Shown: positions 50,249-62,519, numbered from the stretch's first letter. The stretch: 64,000 bases of DNA from Felis catus (GCF_018350175.1 NC_058369.1:27096001-27160000), one strand, 5' to 3'. Program-made: numbers and translations. Notes: generated by a model from the letters alone, not told the origin.

Positions 50249-50687
50249 TGTATCAGAATATGTCTTGCTATATTTTCTTTTGCATCACTTTTTCCTGTTA
50301 TGGTATGTTCGTTTTGCTATAGATTTACATCTTTATTTCATGAAAATATTCTTGCCCATTGAGACTTGTCCTCTTGGAACTTCTTTTGGAAGACTTCTTC
50401 TTGGAACTGAATAGTGGGAAGAAGACAGACGGTCTTGTGAGGCTGTCAGTGGAGGCTTGAAAGGAGGAAGGGAACCTACTATTGGAAACTTTGTATAAAG
50501 GAACCCTCATTATTGCCTATAGTAAATTGAAAAATAGAAAATGCATCTAATTAGCCTATGTATCTGGCTAAAAGTATTGCCAGATAGAATGCTGACAGTG
50601 ATAACTGATACTTTTATCCACATATGATAAGGTACAGATAGAGAAACTAAAGAAGTAATTATTTTATTTCATTTTTTAAAGACCTAT

Positions 50688-50912
50688 TATTTTATTTTAT
50701 TTTATTTTTTTAATGTTTATTTCTTTATTTTGAGAGAGGGATGGAGAACATAAGTGGGATAGGGGCAGAGAGAGACAAACAGAATCCAAAGCAGGCTCCA
50801 GGCTCCGAGCTGTTAGCACAGAGCCTGATGTGGGGTTCGAACCCACAAACCATGAGATCGTGACCTGAGCCAAAGTCAGACACTTCTCCAACTAAGCCAC
50901 CTAGGTGCCCCC
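50688..50912 (-). mobile_element. Can-SINE (feline type)
   Basis: Complete antisense element with (TTTTA)n tail. Confidence 0.96.
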
Positions 50913-50931
50913 TTTTTTTGGTAGGTGCCCC

Positions 50932-51142
50932 TTTTTAAAGATTTATTTTTAGTGAGAGAGAGAGTATCTGAGCAGTGGAGAAGGTCACGGGGGAAGAGAA
51001 AGAGAGAGAGAGAATATCTTAAGAAGGCTCTATGCTCAATGTGGAGCCTGATGCAGTGCTTGATCCCATGATCATAGGATCATGACCTGAGCCAAAATCA
51101 CAAGAGTCAGTGGCTCAACTTACTGAGCCACCCTGGTGCCCC
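50932..51142 (-). mobile_element. Can-SINE (older type)
   Basis: TTTTTAAAGATTTATTT tail; head with CAAGAGTCAG; flanking AATTATTTTATTT at about 50657 and 51147. Confidence 0.93.
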
Positions 51143-51274
51143 TGGGAATTATTTTATTTTTAAACAGAATTAGGAGTATTTCCAACCTAGAACTTGCTGG
51201 GTCAGAAAATAAAAGTATTTCTCATTATAATGTGCTTAGGAAAAATTCCTCAAAATAAAAAGTGGCCTCATGTC

Positions 51275-51470
51275 GGGGTGCCTGGGTGGCTCAGTCGGTT
51301 GAGCATCCAACTTCGGCTCAGGTCATGATCTCACAGCTTGTGAGTTCGAGCCCCGCATCAGGCTCTGTGCTGACAGCTCGGAGCCTGGAGCCTGCTTCAG
51401 ATTCTGTACCTCCCTCTCTCTCTTTAATTAAAAAATTAATTTAATTAAAAAAATAAAGAAAAATGTGCAA
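51275..51470 (+). mobile_element. Can-SINE with 3' deletion
   Basis: TSD AAAARTGGCCTCATGTC; most of the (CT)-rich 3' part is missing. Confidence 0.96.
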
Positions 51471-52281
51471 AAAAATGGCCTCATGTCAAGCATAAAATAT
51501 ACAGTACTGCCTATGAAATGTGGCTTTGTGGTCAAGACCCTATAAGATCCTTTGCTAAGACGTTATAAAGACAAAAGATGGTGCTTCATAGTTCCTTTCT
51601 CATCTAGGAAAAAAAAATGAAAACAAAAACAAAAGACTTCTGGTACTTCTAAGAGCATGACCTGTAGACCTCTCAGCTACACAGAACTCATAGCCCTAAA
51701 GTAGAGAGAGATTTTGTGGGTATTTGTCTCATCTATTGGAGTGAATTATAATTTGATGACTCGGAATTCCATAGAGCTTTTATAGGAAGTACATCAGACT
51801 AAAAGGTAATAGAGTACAGAGAGGCCTCTTGGACCCTAGCTTATGTGGAGCAGAAAGCAAGTTGAGAAATCTACCCAGCTGTAACCATGGGTCATTTTCT
51901 AGTGGCAGAACTGAATCCTGATCAAGGAAGTTGTGATATATGCCCAGCTGGATTTCCTAATTGTCACAGACTGTTCATGTGCTTCTCATTGTCCCCTTTT
52001 TTAAATTAGTGTGTGTATTTTAGTATTTCTGACCCTGCCTCCCCATTGTATACTGGGTGTGATGAGGGGAGGTTAGAAACATGTCTCTTTAGTTCATACA
52101 TTTTCAGATCAAGAGCTGTGCTTGAGGTGTCTCGTTCACATCTGGAACTGATTTAAATGGCAGCATCCTACACTTCATGTCTAAATCCGATGGTGCAGTG
52201 GATGAGATTCCATTGATTCTTAGAGGTGAGGTGGGTTCAATTAGAGGAATGTGATGAATCATTAGGGGTCAGGGGATTCTC

Positions 52282-52795
52282 TGTGGTAGATTATTACTTG
52301 AGTGTCTCCTAAGGAGCCATGCCTTCCAGTGTGTATGTCCTAGTGTCATTCCTGCTCCATGAGTTTGGGCCATCTGCATCACCCACTTTAACTGTGAAGT
52401 ATGCTGGAAGCAATACTGTGTCAGGTATGGGCAGCTTCCATTTCTGTACTGTTAGAGGTAAACTACCACACGAGAAATCCAACTGCCTTAAGACTGCCAT
52501 GCTGTGGGGAAGCTTAAACTAGCCAGATAGAGAGACCAGATGGAAGAGAACCAAGGGACTCAGGCAACAACCCCAGCTGAGCTCTCAGCTTGTTCAGTAC
52601 CCAGCAGTAAACCACCTGAGTGATTTCTCTTGTCAGTGGATTCCCCAGTCTTAGCTGAGCTACCTCTGTTAAATGTTAGATATAGATGAGCAGTCCTTCC
52701 CAAGCCCTGTCCAAATTGCAGATTAAGGAGAAAATAAGTTTTAAGCCACTAAAGTTTTCAGGTGCTTTTTAATGCAGCTATAGACATCTGAAACA
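52282..52795 (+). mobile_element. MLT1-type LTR (3' LTR of the MaLR remnant)
   Basis: Starts TGTGGTAGATT, ends TTAAGCCACTAAAGTTTT...TGCAGCTATAGACATCTGAAACA. Confidence 0.9.
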
Positions 52796-52819
52796 TCTTA
52801 ACTTTTTTCTTTGAGTTTT

Positions 52820-52984
52820 GTTTTTCTTTCTTTCTTTTTTTTTTTTTTTTTAGGATTTTTTTTTAGGTAGGCTCCATACCCAGCATGGAGCCCAACACTG
52901 GGCTTGAACTCATGACCCTGAGATCAAGACCTGAGCCAAGATCAAGAGTTGGGAGCTTAACAGACTGAGCCGCCCAGGCATCCT
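52820..52984 (-). mobile_element. Short Can-SINE lacking the (CT)n region
   Basis: TSD TCTTTGAGTT at 52808 and 52985; head joined directly to T tail. Confidence 0.93.
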
Positions 52985-55209
52985 TCTTTGAGTTATTTTT
53001 ATTACAGACATCATGTTGTTGGAAACTTCTTTGAGGGGAAAATTCCTCTTAATATACGTGCCTTAGTGGGTGTGTTTTGCTTATGATACTTCCTTCATTT
53101 TCTCCATACCTTCCCTACCAATTGCTTGTACATTTGTTCCATGTTGGGTCCTTTCCAATTATTACTAATCATCAAGTAATTCAACTAAGTGAGTAGCTTA
53201 ATAATTCAACTAAGACAAAGGATTTGTTTATAAATAAGAATGGGTGGTGATGAATGAAAAGAGTAAATTGCAGCCACATTGGTTCAAGTTTCACCTCTTT
53301 TTCCTTTGCCCAATGACCATGTCTCGATTTGGGTTTCAGTGTTTTCAGTATTACTGTAGCTCAAAGGAAATCCTTGAAATTTACAAAATCCTCTGTTTGT
53401 AATCCTCTGTCTTTCCTATTTGCCCCACCTCGTTTCCAGCAATTTCTCTTAGCAATAAATAGAGAAACCATAGAATTTATTATTCAAGTTATCATTCACC
53501 CTATAGTGAAAGGAAGTGCCATTTATAATTTCACTAGGATAGTAGGGAAAAAGTGGGGACACCAGGTCATTGAACCACTTTGTTTGTTAAGCCCGGGTTG
53601 TGAACAACAAAAATGACATGTACCTTTATGAGACTTACCTGCTTAGCTCTCCTGCTGTGGAAAAGAATGGGACAGTCCCCACTTCTCTTTTCCTGCATAA
53701 GTCCCTAGATCTCATTGTTTCTATCAAGGAATTCTTACATTGATCTTTCAGACCTGGATCATTAGCATGTTGAGGGAATTTTATATCATGCCTAATTTCG
53801 TTTCTGTGGAAGTTACATGTAGCCCTCAGTTACTTTTCACATTTTGGGCTAGGTTTCAAAGCACATGACAGAAATTTATGGTTCGTGATTCATAGCCTAT
53901 TGTTTGGATTTTGTATGTTTGCCTCTATTGTCGCTATGGGAATAAACTGCTTCCATTTTGATTTTTTAAACTTGTTTTTGTTGGGTTTAGAGGGAGGAAC
54001 ATGGAGTTAAAATGTCTTTACTCTGTTATCTTTAAGTGAATGACCAGTATGTTGACATGGGCATATGACCTTGGTATAGAGTCAAACACAAGAAAGCAGA
54101 TTTTAGTACATTAGGTATGGTATGTATCTCTTTGTGTTAAAAATAACACAGTTTATATTTATAGCATATTACAAAGGGTATTTATCCCAGTAGTACCTGA
54201 AATTATTTTATGGAGTGAGGATGTATATAATGTATATAATTTGGAAATTTTTACAATGGGCATGAATTACTTTAATAAATCAATAAAGAAGTCAATGAAT
54301 ATAATTCCATTGTGGAGAAAAACAAAAAGACTCAGATCTCTGTGGCTCTTATTGCATTATGGGGTTGAGGATCCATACCACTAACCAGGCATCTCATAGT
54401 TAAGCAGGAAATGCCTTTTTATTCGACCCTATAACCTTTCATCAAAAATTTCCTATTGCAGACCTTACAGGGAATTATCTTCCTTAGCTTGAGCAAATGT
54501 AAGAGTTGCCTGTCAGGGAGCACTGAAGGTTAGAAGCTACTAGGATAGGACTGAATTAAGATAATCCCTATCTGTATGGGATGGTTGATGCCTGTTGTCC
54601 AGGCTTCTGGGTCTGCAGTTTTCCCATTCTGTAGCTTATTTATTTCCCTAGCTTGCATTACCATTTCCTGCCTGTTGTCCTCTGCCTACCTCAGTGTCCT
54701 GGGATGCAGCATTAATATTTTAGAAATGGCGGTATATCCCTTTGCATATCCAGAATGGAGGAGACAAACAATAAATAACAGTGATAACCCTGTGCTGCCA
54801 GAGCTTCCTTGGAGAGCTTTACTGTGCACACTGAGAAATGGATTCATGAAACTTAGTTTGGTGGAGTGGAAAGTAAAACACAGAAAAGAAATAGAGTGGT
54901 GCACACAGCTGTCACAGTCACGTCAGAAATCCAGATGAGAAAGGTAAAAGCATCAGCAGCTCGAAAAAGACCTTCCAGGGAAGAGTCTGGCTGCTATAGT
55001 GTGTCAAGCAGCTGACACAGGAGTGAAGCTTGACAAGTCATTTTGATGCTGAGCTGGAAAACTCCTTGAAAATAAACACATTGTTCAAAAAGGCCAAAAA
55101 TCCAACTCAATACAGAGAACAGAGCTGAGAGAGTGAGTGAAAACTAGTTAATGAGAGATAATGGCTTGCCCCTGCCCCTATTCTGATCATTGCCCCAGCA
55201 AGTGCAGAT

Positions 55210-55510
55210 GTTTGGTGTTGACAGGCTGAGTTGTGCTGTGGAAAAATATGGCCTGAAGAGTCAGGCAGGCCTGGGATAAGACCCAGTTCATGCACTTGCC
55301 AGTTGGATTTAGCGTCTTGGGTGGTGACTTCTTGCTTCTCACCAGGAGATTCTTGGCTGGTTCTGGTTGCACTGAATCTAGATTTGAGTTTCTTTTTCTG
55401 TAATGTAGGGATAATAGTATTCTCCCTATAATGTTGTTTTAAGGATGAAATGAGATAGCACCTATAAAGTGCTAATCTACAGAAAATGCTCAATAAATGC
55501 TGCTTCCTAG
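55210..55510 (+). mobile_element. MIR
   Basis: GAAGAGTCAGGCAGGCCTGGG...CTGTAATGTAGGGATAATAGTA...AAGGATGAAATGAGATA...ATGCTCAATAAATG. Confidence 0.85.
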
Positions 55511-56404
55511 TTCCCTGGAGCCTGTCCTCTGTCCCCAAGCTCTTGGGAATGGAATGCTCTTATGCCTTGCCCTGACGTCTCTCCTCTTCCTGTTTTTTTC
55601 CTCTTCCTCCTTCTCCTTTTCCTGTTCTGTAAGGATGGTGAGGTCCTGAGCTGGCAGATAAATTGGGCTCCAGCTCAGGTGAAGCAGAGAGAATGCTTGA
55701 TGTATTTGTCCTGCAGCTGAGGAAGCAAGCTGCGTTTGTGGTCCTGGTTTCCATTACTGAGCCAGCCATATTTTATCTTCCCTTAAGTGGCAGCCAGTTC
55801 CCTCCAGGTCAGGTCAACACAGACTCTGAATACAGGAGAGAGAAGCAAGTACTTAAACTGGTCAGAGGTATTTATTTCTCCTACAACTGTGCTGTCTAAA
55901 AGTGGCGCTAACATCTTCAAACCTGAGGCTGGGAGTTGCAGTTCTCTTTTGGCGAGGTCCTTTGAATCTCCAGCCTGCTTCCACTCTGGCGAGCCTATGT
56001 GATGGTGCCAGATGTGTTCCTTTGTACAGCTTTCATCCTGGCACCTACCTTCTCAAAGCCATCATTAACTCCCCAGTGCCTGTGAAGCAAATCCCAAACT
56101 CCTTCCTTTGGCACCCAGCTCAAGTGCTAGTCTCTCCACAAAGCTTTGTTTGGAGGTAGGTGGAGGTAATTTTGTCCTTCTCCAAACTCCTCTGGCTTTC
56201 TCTGAGCAGAGCATCAGAATCTGATGCTTAGAAGTCTCCCTCTGCAGTAAAGGCTTTTAGAATCTTAGCCTTCTTCCCCAATAGAAGGTAAGCCCTTTAA
56301 AAGTAAGATTTATGCTCAACTGTCTGTTTTTTCCACAGTGTGTAACACATATTAGGCAACTAGATGAATGAATTTGAAGGCAGTAGTTGAGCTGTAGTAT
56401 GTAT

Positions 56405-56668
56405 GTGTGTGTGTGTATACATATATATAAATATATATTTAAATATGCTATATATAAGTTATATATATTTAAAGTTTATTTATTTTGAGAGAGAGAGAGT
56501 GCAGGTGGAAGAGGAGAGGCAGAGAGAGAGAGAGAGAGAGAATCCCAAGTAAGCCCTGCACTGTCAGTGTGGAGCTCGACATGGGGCTCAATCCCAAGGA
56601 CTGTGAGATCATGACCTGAGCCAAAATCGAGAGTCAGACGCTCAACCAACTGAGCCACCCAGGCACTC
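56405..56668 (-). mobile_element. Can-SINE with (TG)/(TA) microsatellite tail
   Basis: Perfect 17-bp TSD TGAGCTGTAGTATGTAT at 56388 and 56669. Confidence 0.96.
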
Positions 56669-56718
56669 TGAGCTGTAGTATGTATATTTAATTGCCGGTG
56701 ATGTACTATTTGATGTAC

Positions 56719-56905
56719 TAGGGATGGCAAATTCCTACCATGCATACCCTCATGTTTCTTCTGGTATATATGGCAAAATTCTTTTCATGCACCGATCCTG
56801 ATGGGCAAGTGACTGTTTGGAGAAATAGGTTGCAAAGGATTCTAAAAGACTGTGTCTTATGCCAGTAGGATGGAGTGCTGTGATTGATTAGTAATGGCTT
56901 CCATT
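56719..56905 (-). mobile_element. MER102-like hAT fragment
   Basis: AGGGATGGCAAAT terminus; GGATTCT...GAGTGCTGTGATTGATTAGTAATG. Confidence 0.7.
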
Positions 56906-57360
56906 ACCACTGTATCAGAATTGATTGAAAGGTGGAAGTTTTATGTCATATTACATTTGATGTTTCCGTATTGGTAGAAAGTTGTATTAAATGATATGGA
57001 TGTACTTGCAATGAGAACTGACTCTCCTAAAATTGTGATCACATCAACATATGGAGAAGTTATGGAAATAACACAGATGGGAGTCACCCCTCTATTCCTA
57101 ACTTTCATTTTGGCCTCTTCCACTTGGGAGCTGATAGCAAATTGTTTAATCTCCATTTCTCCACATGTACAATGAGTCACTAACACACATTTTGCCTACC
57201 TCACAGCCAAAGAAGAGGGTAATTTTCCTGGTTCTGAGGGAAAATAAAATATATGGAAATATGTGTGTTTATGGATAATTGTTAGAATTCATAAATAACT
57301 TTTGTTATTTCTTACTTTGAAAACCCCATATGTGCATTACATTTAAAAAAATACAAAGAA

Positions 57361-57572
57361 GGGGCGCCTGGGTGGCGCAGTCGGTTAAGCGTCCGACTTC
57401 AGCCAGGTAACGATCTCGCGGTCCGTGAGTTCGAGCCCCGTGTCAGGCTCTGGGCTGATGGCTCGGAGCCTGGAGCCTGTTTCTGATTCTGTGTCTCCCT
57501 CTCTCTCTGCCCCTCCCCCATTCATGCTCTGTCTCTCTCTGTCCCAAAAAATAAATAAACGTTGAAAAAAAA
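57361..57572 (+). mobile_element. Young SINEC_Fc-type element
   Basis: CpG-rich head GGGGCGCCTGGGTGGCGCAGTCGGTTAAGCGTCCGAC; perfect flanking repeat ATTTAAAAAAATACAAAGAA. Confidence 0.98.
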
Positions 57573-58534
57573 ATTTAAAAAAATACAAAGAAGAAAAAAG
57601 AAACCCACTAATTCCTACTGAGCAGACAATCACTAGTAACAGCTTAGTGCATATCCTTCCAGATCCTTTTCAATGAGATTTATAGTTTTTATAACCCTTT
57701 GAGGCTTATTTTCTTTTCCTTTATCAATATACAGAGAATATTTTTAGATTTTATTAAATGTTCTTCTATAATATTGCTTGAATATTAGTTAACTAGATTT
57801 TTATTGAATATTAATAGTGTACTGCTCACTGTGAACTACAAATGCAATGTTGATTTGATTACTTATATGATGATCATCAGGCAAGAGGGACCCTAAAAAT
57901 TGGTTTGACAAATTAAAAATTGTTGCCTTGTAGTTTGCTTGAATAGTGGGTGTTCAGGTAGCATTGTGAGCTATTATACAGGAATCTTATGGCAATGGTA
58001 ATTGTCAGATGTGTTGATTTTAATGAAGGCCAGTATTTTGGATTTGATGGATCTCAAAGAACAAATAAAGAAGGAGACTGAATATTCCTTTGGTAGTGTT
58101 TAAGTGATCACTGGATGTTAGTTTTATAAATGTTTGTATAGCGAAGAAGGGATGGATTTCTGAAAAGTTGTAATCAACAAGAAACAGGGAAGAGAAGGTT
58201 TTGAATTTAGCTTTTGGTAGGGTTCTTTGTTCCCCTTTTGTTAAAAGCAAAAGAAAATTAGCAAAACTGATTAAATTTAGAAAAGTACACTAACCACTGT
58301 GCTTGTTTCTGCTGACTTAAAAACAATAGTCCCTCTTGAACATAAGAGATATTTTTGGTCTGGAGGACAAGGACCAGATTCATGAAAATATTAGAAACAT
58401 GAGACAAATTTCCAATTAAGGGACCTATAGTATTACTGTAAAATATGTATCACCCTATATGGTCAGCTCCATAGGACATATTTTCAAGGCTCTTTTAGAA
58501 TTCTAGGGACTTGTATCTGCAGTTGGGTATAGTA

Positions 58535-58715
58535 AAAACACATGCTCAAAGACCTGTTTTAAGTTCCATTTCTGCCATTTACTAGTTGCATGATCCTAAA
58601 CAAATATGCAACCTCTTTCAGCCCCAGTTCCTGTATCACAGGATAGTTTTTAGAGTTAAATGGAATCATGTCTTTAAGTTCCTGGCACAGTGTAGGTACT
58701 CAGTAAGTGTTGGTC
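58535..58715 (+). mobile_element. MIR fragment
   Basis: CTGCCATTTACTAGTTGCATGATC...CCTGGCACAGTGTAGGTACTCAGTAAGTGTT. Confidence 0.8.
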
Positions 58716-59455
58716 ACCCACCCCTATAGAAAGCTCTAAATAGTTCATGGAAGGAGACAAGTTGGTTCACTCTCTCTCCTCAAGAAAATTTTGTATTTTC
58801 TTGTATTATTTTTTATAAGCAAAAAATATCTCTTGTATTATCTTTTATAAGTGAAACCACTGACAAACACATCCTATAGGAAGGTTCTAAGAAATTAGAT
58901 AACTAAGCAAGAGTAAAAGCAAAAAACTTCATAGGCATTTTAAAGATATCCTTGGTTCCATTTTAATGTTTTATATATTCATTTGATCTTAATTATACTT
59001 ATTTCCCTATGGCCTAGAGACTTCCAGAAGTCCATTTCCACCCAGGCCCATGCTCATCTCCTTCTGTGACATCTTATCTCAGGAATAGCATGAAACCATT
59101 TGGGATCAAAGCCTTCTGGTTTGGGAAAGCTGCACTTAATTCTCTCTTACCATGTGGGGCTAGATATGTGGGGATAGACACGGCTCTTTACATCTACATA
59201 CTTGATTTGATATCCAACCCATTTTTTTTTTACTCTTTTACCTAATTAGAGAGGATGTGGCTTAGGAGAACAAAGCTGTCCTCAGTTCTACATTGCTTCT
59301 TCCTTGGGTTTACTCCTCAACCTATTAAAAAAAATTATTCCTAAAAAGGATAACATTTTCTACTAAACATTACAACAATGTCTCAATCCAAATGAATATT
59401 TTAAAAATAGAGAGAATGACATTCAGGTATGTATAATTTTCTTTCCAAAGTGATT

Positions 59456-59681
59456 TTTTTAATGTTTATTTACTTTTGAGAGAAAGACAGACAGACAGAC
59501 AGACAGAGACAGAGTATGAGCAGGGGAAGAGCAGAGAGAGAGGGAGACACAGAATCTGAAGCAGACTCCAGGTTCTGAGCTGGCAGCACAGAGCCCAATA
59601 CAGGGCTTAGACTCATGGACCATGAGATCATGACCTGAGCTGAAGTCAAAAGCTCAACTGACTAAACCACCCAGGCACCCC
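59456..59681 (-). mobile_element. Can-SINE (feline type)
   Basis: TSD TTTCCAAWGTGATTT; (GACA)n in the GA region. Confidence 0.97.
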
Positions 59682-61899
59682 TTTCCAATGTGATTTCTAA
59701 CACCTATATGTTGTTAAAATCTATGTGCTGAAGAAAAGCTATGTATATCCAACTGGTTTGTCATATTTATATCACACTCTCCTTTAAGGCCTAAGAAATA
59801 ACTCTAAATATTGACTCTTATAAAAATTAAACTTCTTTTATTGAATCATTGCTTACACTTTAAGTAAAAGAACACTAAAAATGGACCGAATATTTAAAAT
59901 CCAGTTGCTATACAGAGAGGTTTGATCAGTGTTAAAGGCTTCTGACAGGCCCTTGTCACCATCAGAATATGCGATATTTTGTGGTCTGGTAGAATTAATT
60001 TATTGGCTGCTCTAGTGATTATAACATTGATTTGTTGCTCATGTTGCATTCATTTCATCTGTGTTAGTATCACAGGAAAAACAATACAGTTGCAATTATT
60101 ACCTGAATATTTTTCAGGAAAAAAAAACTAGATAGTTGTGCATTTGTTTATTTGTTTATTTGTTTATTCCTTTACCAGCCAAAGCTGTTGCCCAATAATT
60201 AACTAGACAATGGATTGAAGCAAAGCACTAGATTTTCTTTTTCTTTGACACCCGCCCTGGGTGGGGGAAGTTTGTGGGAGGGCAGAGGACAGAAGACATT
60301 TTAAAAAAATTCTATACAACATGGTTAAGAAATTTCTCTGTGATTATAAAATCATACAAGAATAATTGGATGGAGATACCACCTGATTCCCCTGGGAATT
60401 CTAGTGACATTTCTGAGAGCCAAGAAGGGTCTCTGCATGAATCTCAGAAACATTCTGCAATTTTTTTCCGTCTTCTCTCTTCAGCTCAATGGGTTCCTGG
60501 CCAAGCCCCAGGACCAGGAGCTGGGAGAAAGGCTGGGCTCAGCTCAGTCAAGATGGAGTGAAATTCCAGACATGCTGAAACTCCTGTGTGAAATCTCTGG
60601 GGAAGTTTAAAAAACTTCAGAGCTCTGTACTTCATGAACAAAATTCTAAATTAACCATTCCAGGGTCACTTCTGACCAACTCTTTAGTCCTTTTCTTTTG
60701 TGGCATGGTTGAGAAATCCAGTTCTAGCCCATGTAGATTTATTTGATAAAGTGCATTGGAATTTGCAATAATTCAATTGCAAAGGTGAAAATCTGCACAG
60801 CTTGAAAAAGAGAGAGCCACTGGCTACAGAAGAAATGTCTTCATTAGCCTTAACTAAAATGTGGTCATTTCATTTGGATTTTTGGTGGTAATTGCTCTGT
60901 TGCACCAATATAGAACATGTCTAGCTAGGCTGGCACTTAGAACAACTGTTGTAAATGCTTAAGAATAATTAACAAAAAGTAGATTACTTGAAATGTAGAG
61001 GAAAGCCAAAAATGCCAGAGAAGAGGCAATGATGGCAGAGATGCTCTTTTTCCTTTTGGTACCATTGTTCCCTTTGTGGCCTCTTAACTATAGTACTGAA
61101 ATGGCTACCATTCATGAAGCCCATTTAAATGTGTAAGGGTGTTCTATGCATTATGCCACTCCATCCAGACAGCTGCCCTGTTTATAGGTGTCAATCTATA
61201 GCTAAGGAATCTCAAGTTTAGGAAGGCTCTGGGGTTTGCCCAAGGGAGCTCATTTTATGGGAGGTGAAAATGCAAATGCTAACATAGGATTTGTGAGCAC
61301 CCTTCCTAGAATTCTTAGTTCTGATTGTATATACATCAGGATCTCCTGTGGAGTTTTTTCAAATGCAGATTCCTGGCTTTTAGCCCAACACCTCCAGTAG
61401 GAGGCTAGAAAACCCTGGTGTTTGCTTATTAGTTTGTGTATTTAGCTCTACATAAATGTTTGAGGTGCAGCCCTAAAAAGTCATGCCATAGTCTAGGATG
61501 ACTGAGACAGAGGGCCAGGGAATCAGCAGAATAGCCTCCAGGTGACTTAGAGGACAGTGGGGCAGTGGACACACACATGGTCATCTCTGGTGCTCTGTGC
61601 TGCAGAGCCCCTCTTTCTTCTCATAGGTTTGTTTTTAAAACTTTCCCCCCCTGCTTCTAGCCCCTAGCACAATTTCTTCCACAGAATAGATATTCCAACA
61701 TGTTTGTGAAATGACCACATAAATGCCACAGCACAGAACATAGCCTGGCCCAGTTAGGTGCAAGTAAAGGGTAGATCTTGGGAAATAGACTGAAAAGGTG
61801 TGATGTCTGAATGGCAGGACTCTGAAGTAACGGGAGTGAGGGAAGGAGCAGCATGTTCTGAATGCCTTGGACACATAAGTTCCTTTCATGAGTCATGTC

Positions 61900-62080
61900 A
61901 TTACTTCTCATAATGGTCCTCCACAGTAACTTCCATCTCACACACTGAACAGATGAGCAAGTCAGCCTCAGACAATTTAGTAGGATACTAAATGGTCACA
62001 TGGCTGGTATCAGAAAAGCCAGAATTACTGACCCTCTGTCTGACACAAAGCCTATGCCCTTTATATGTTACTCTGAATCT
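61900..62080 (-). mobile_element. MIR fragment
   Basis: ACAGATGAGCAAGTCAGCCTCAGA...GGTCACATGGCTGGTA...CTGTCTGACACAAAGCC. Confidence 0.75.
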
Positions 62081-62104
62081 CCTAATTAGAGAAGAATCTT
62101 GCTC

Positions 62105-62403
62105 TAGAGCTGCTGGTCCAATAGAAATATAAAGCAGGCTACAATGGGTCCCCAATGTGGGACACATAGTTCATTTAAAATTTTCTAGTACCCACATTTC
62201 AAAATGTAAAAAGGAACAGGTGAAACTAATGTTAATAAAAACAACAAAAAATCTCAGTAAGACATTTTACATTTTTTCCTTCATACTAAGTTTTCAAAAT
62301 CTGATGTATATTTTATATTTACCACATATCTCAACTAGGACTGGCCACATTTCAAATGCTCAGTAGTCATATGTGGCTCATGGCTGCCATATTGACAGCA
62401 TAG
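62105..62403. mobile_element. MER33-like hAT-Charlie element
   Basis: GTCCAATAGAAATATAA...TTTAAAATTTTCTAGT...GCCACATTTCAAATGCTCAGTAGTCATATGTGGCT...CCATATTGACAGC. Confidence 0.88.
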
Positions 62404-62519
62404 GTGTAGATGATCTAGCCTGGATTGATGTTGGGGAGCTCAGTGTTGGGAAACCCAGGAGGAGGTCATACTTTGAAGGTGACTGGGTCAGGCAATTTGG
62501 CATACAGGAAGTATGTTAT

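Larger units (their letters stand above)
49400..50345 (-). mobile_element. HAL1-like element fragment
   Basis: CTTGGATGGATATAAACTTTCCTCAGAACTTT...AATGTTATTATGGAAAAATCT resembles HAL1/old L1 ORF1 antisense. Confidence 0.6.
50360..52281 (+). mobile_element. MaLR (MLT1) internal sequence
   Basis: GAGGCTGTCAGTGGAGGCTTGAAAG...ATTGGAAAC...TATCTGGCTAA...CATATGATAAGGTAC; runs through a purine-rich tract directly into the LTR. Confidence 0.75.

Noticed and set aside
57361..57445. tRNA gene or CpG island
   Set aside because: It is the tRNA-derived head of a SINE, followed by SINE body, tail and TSD; too short for a CpG island.
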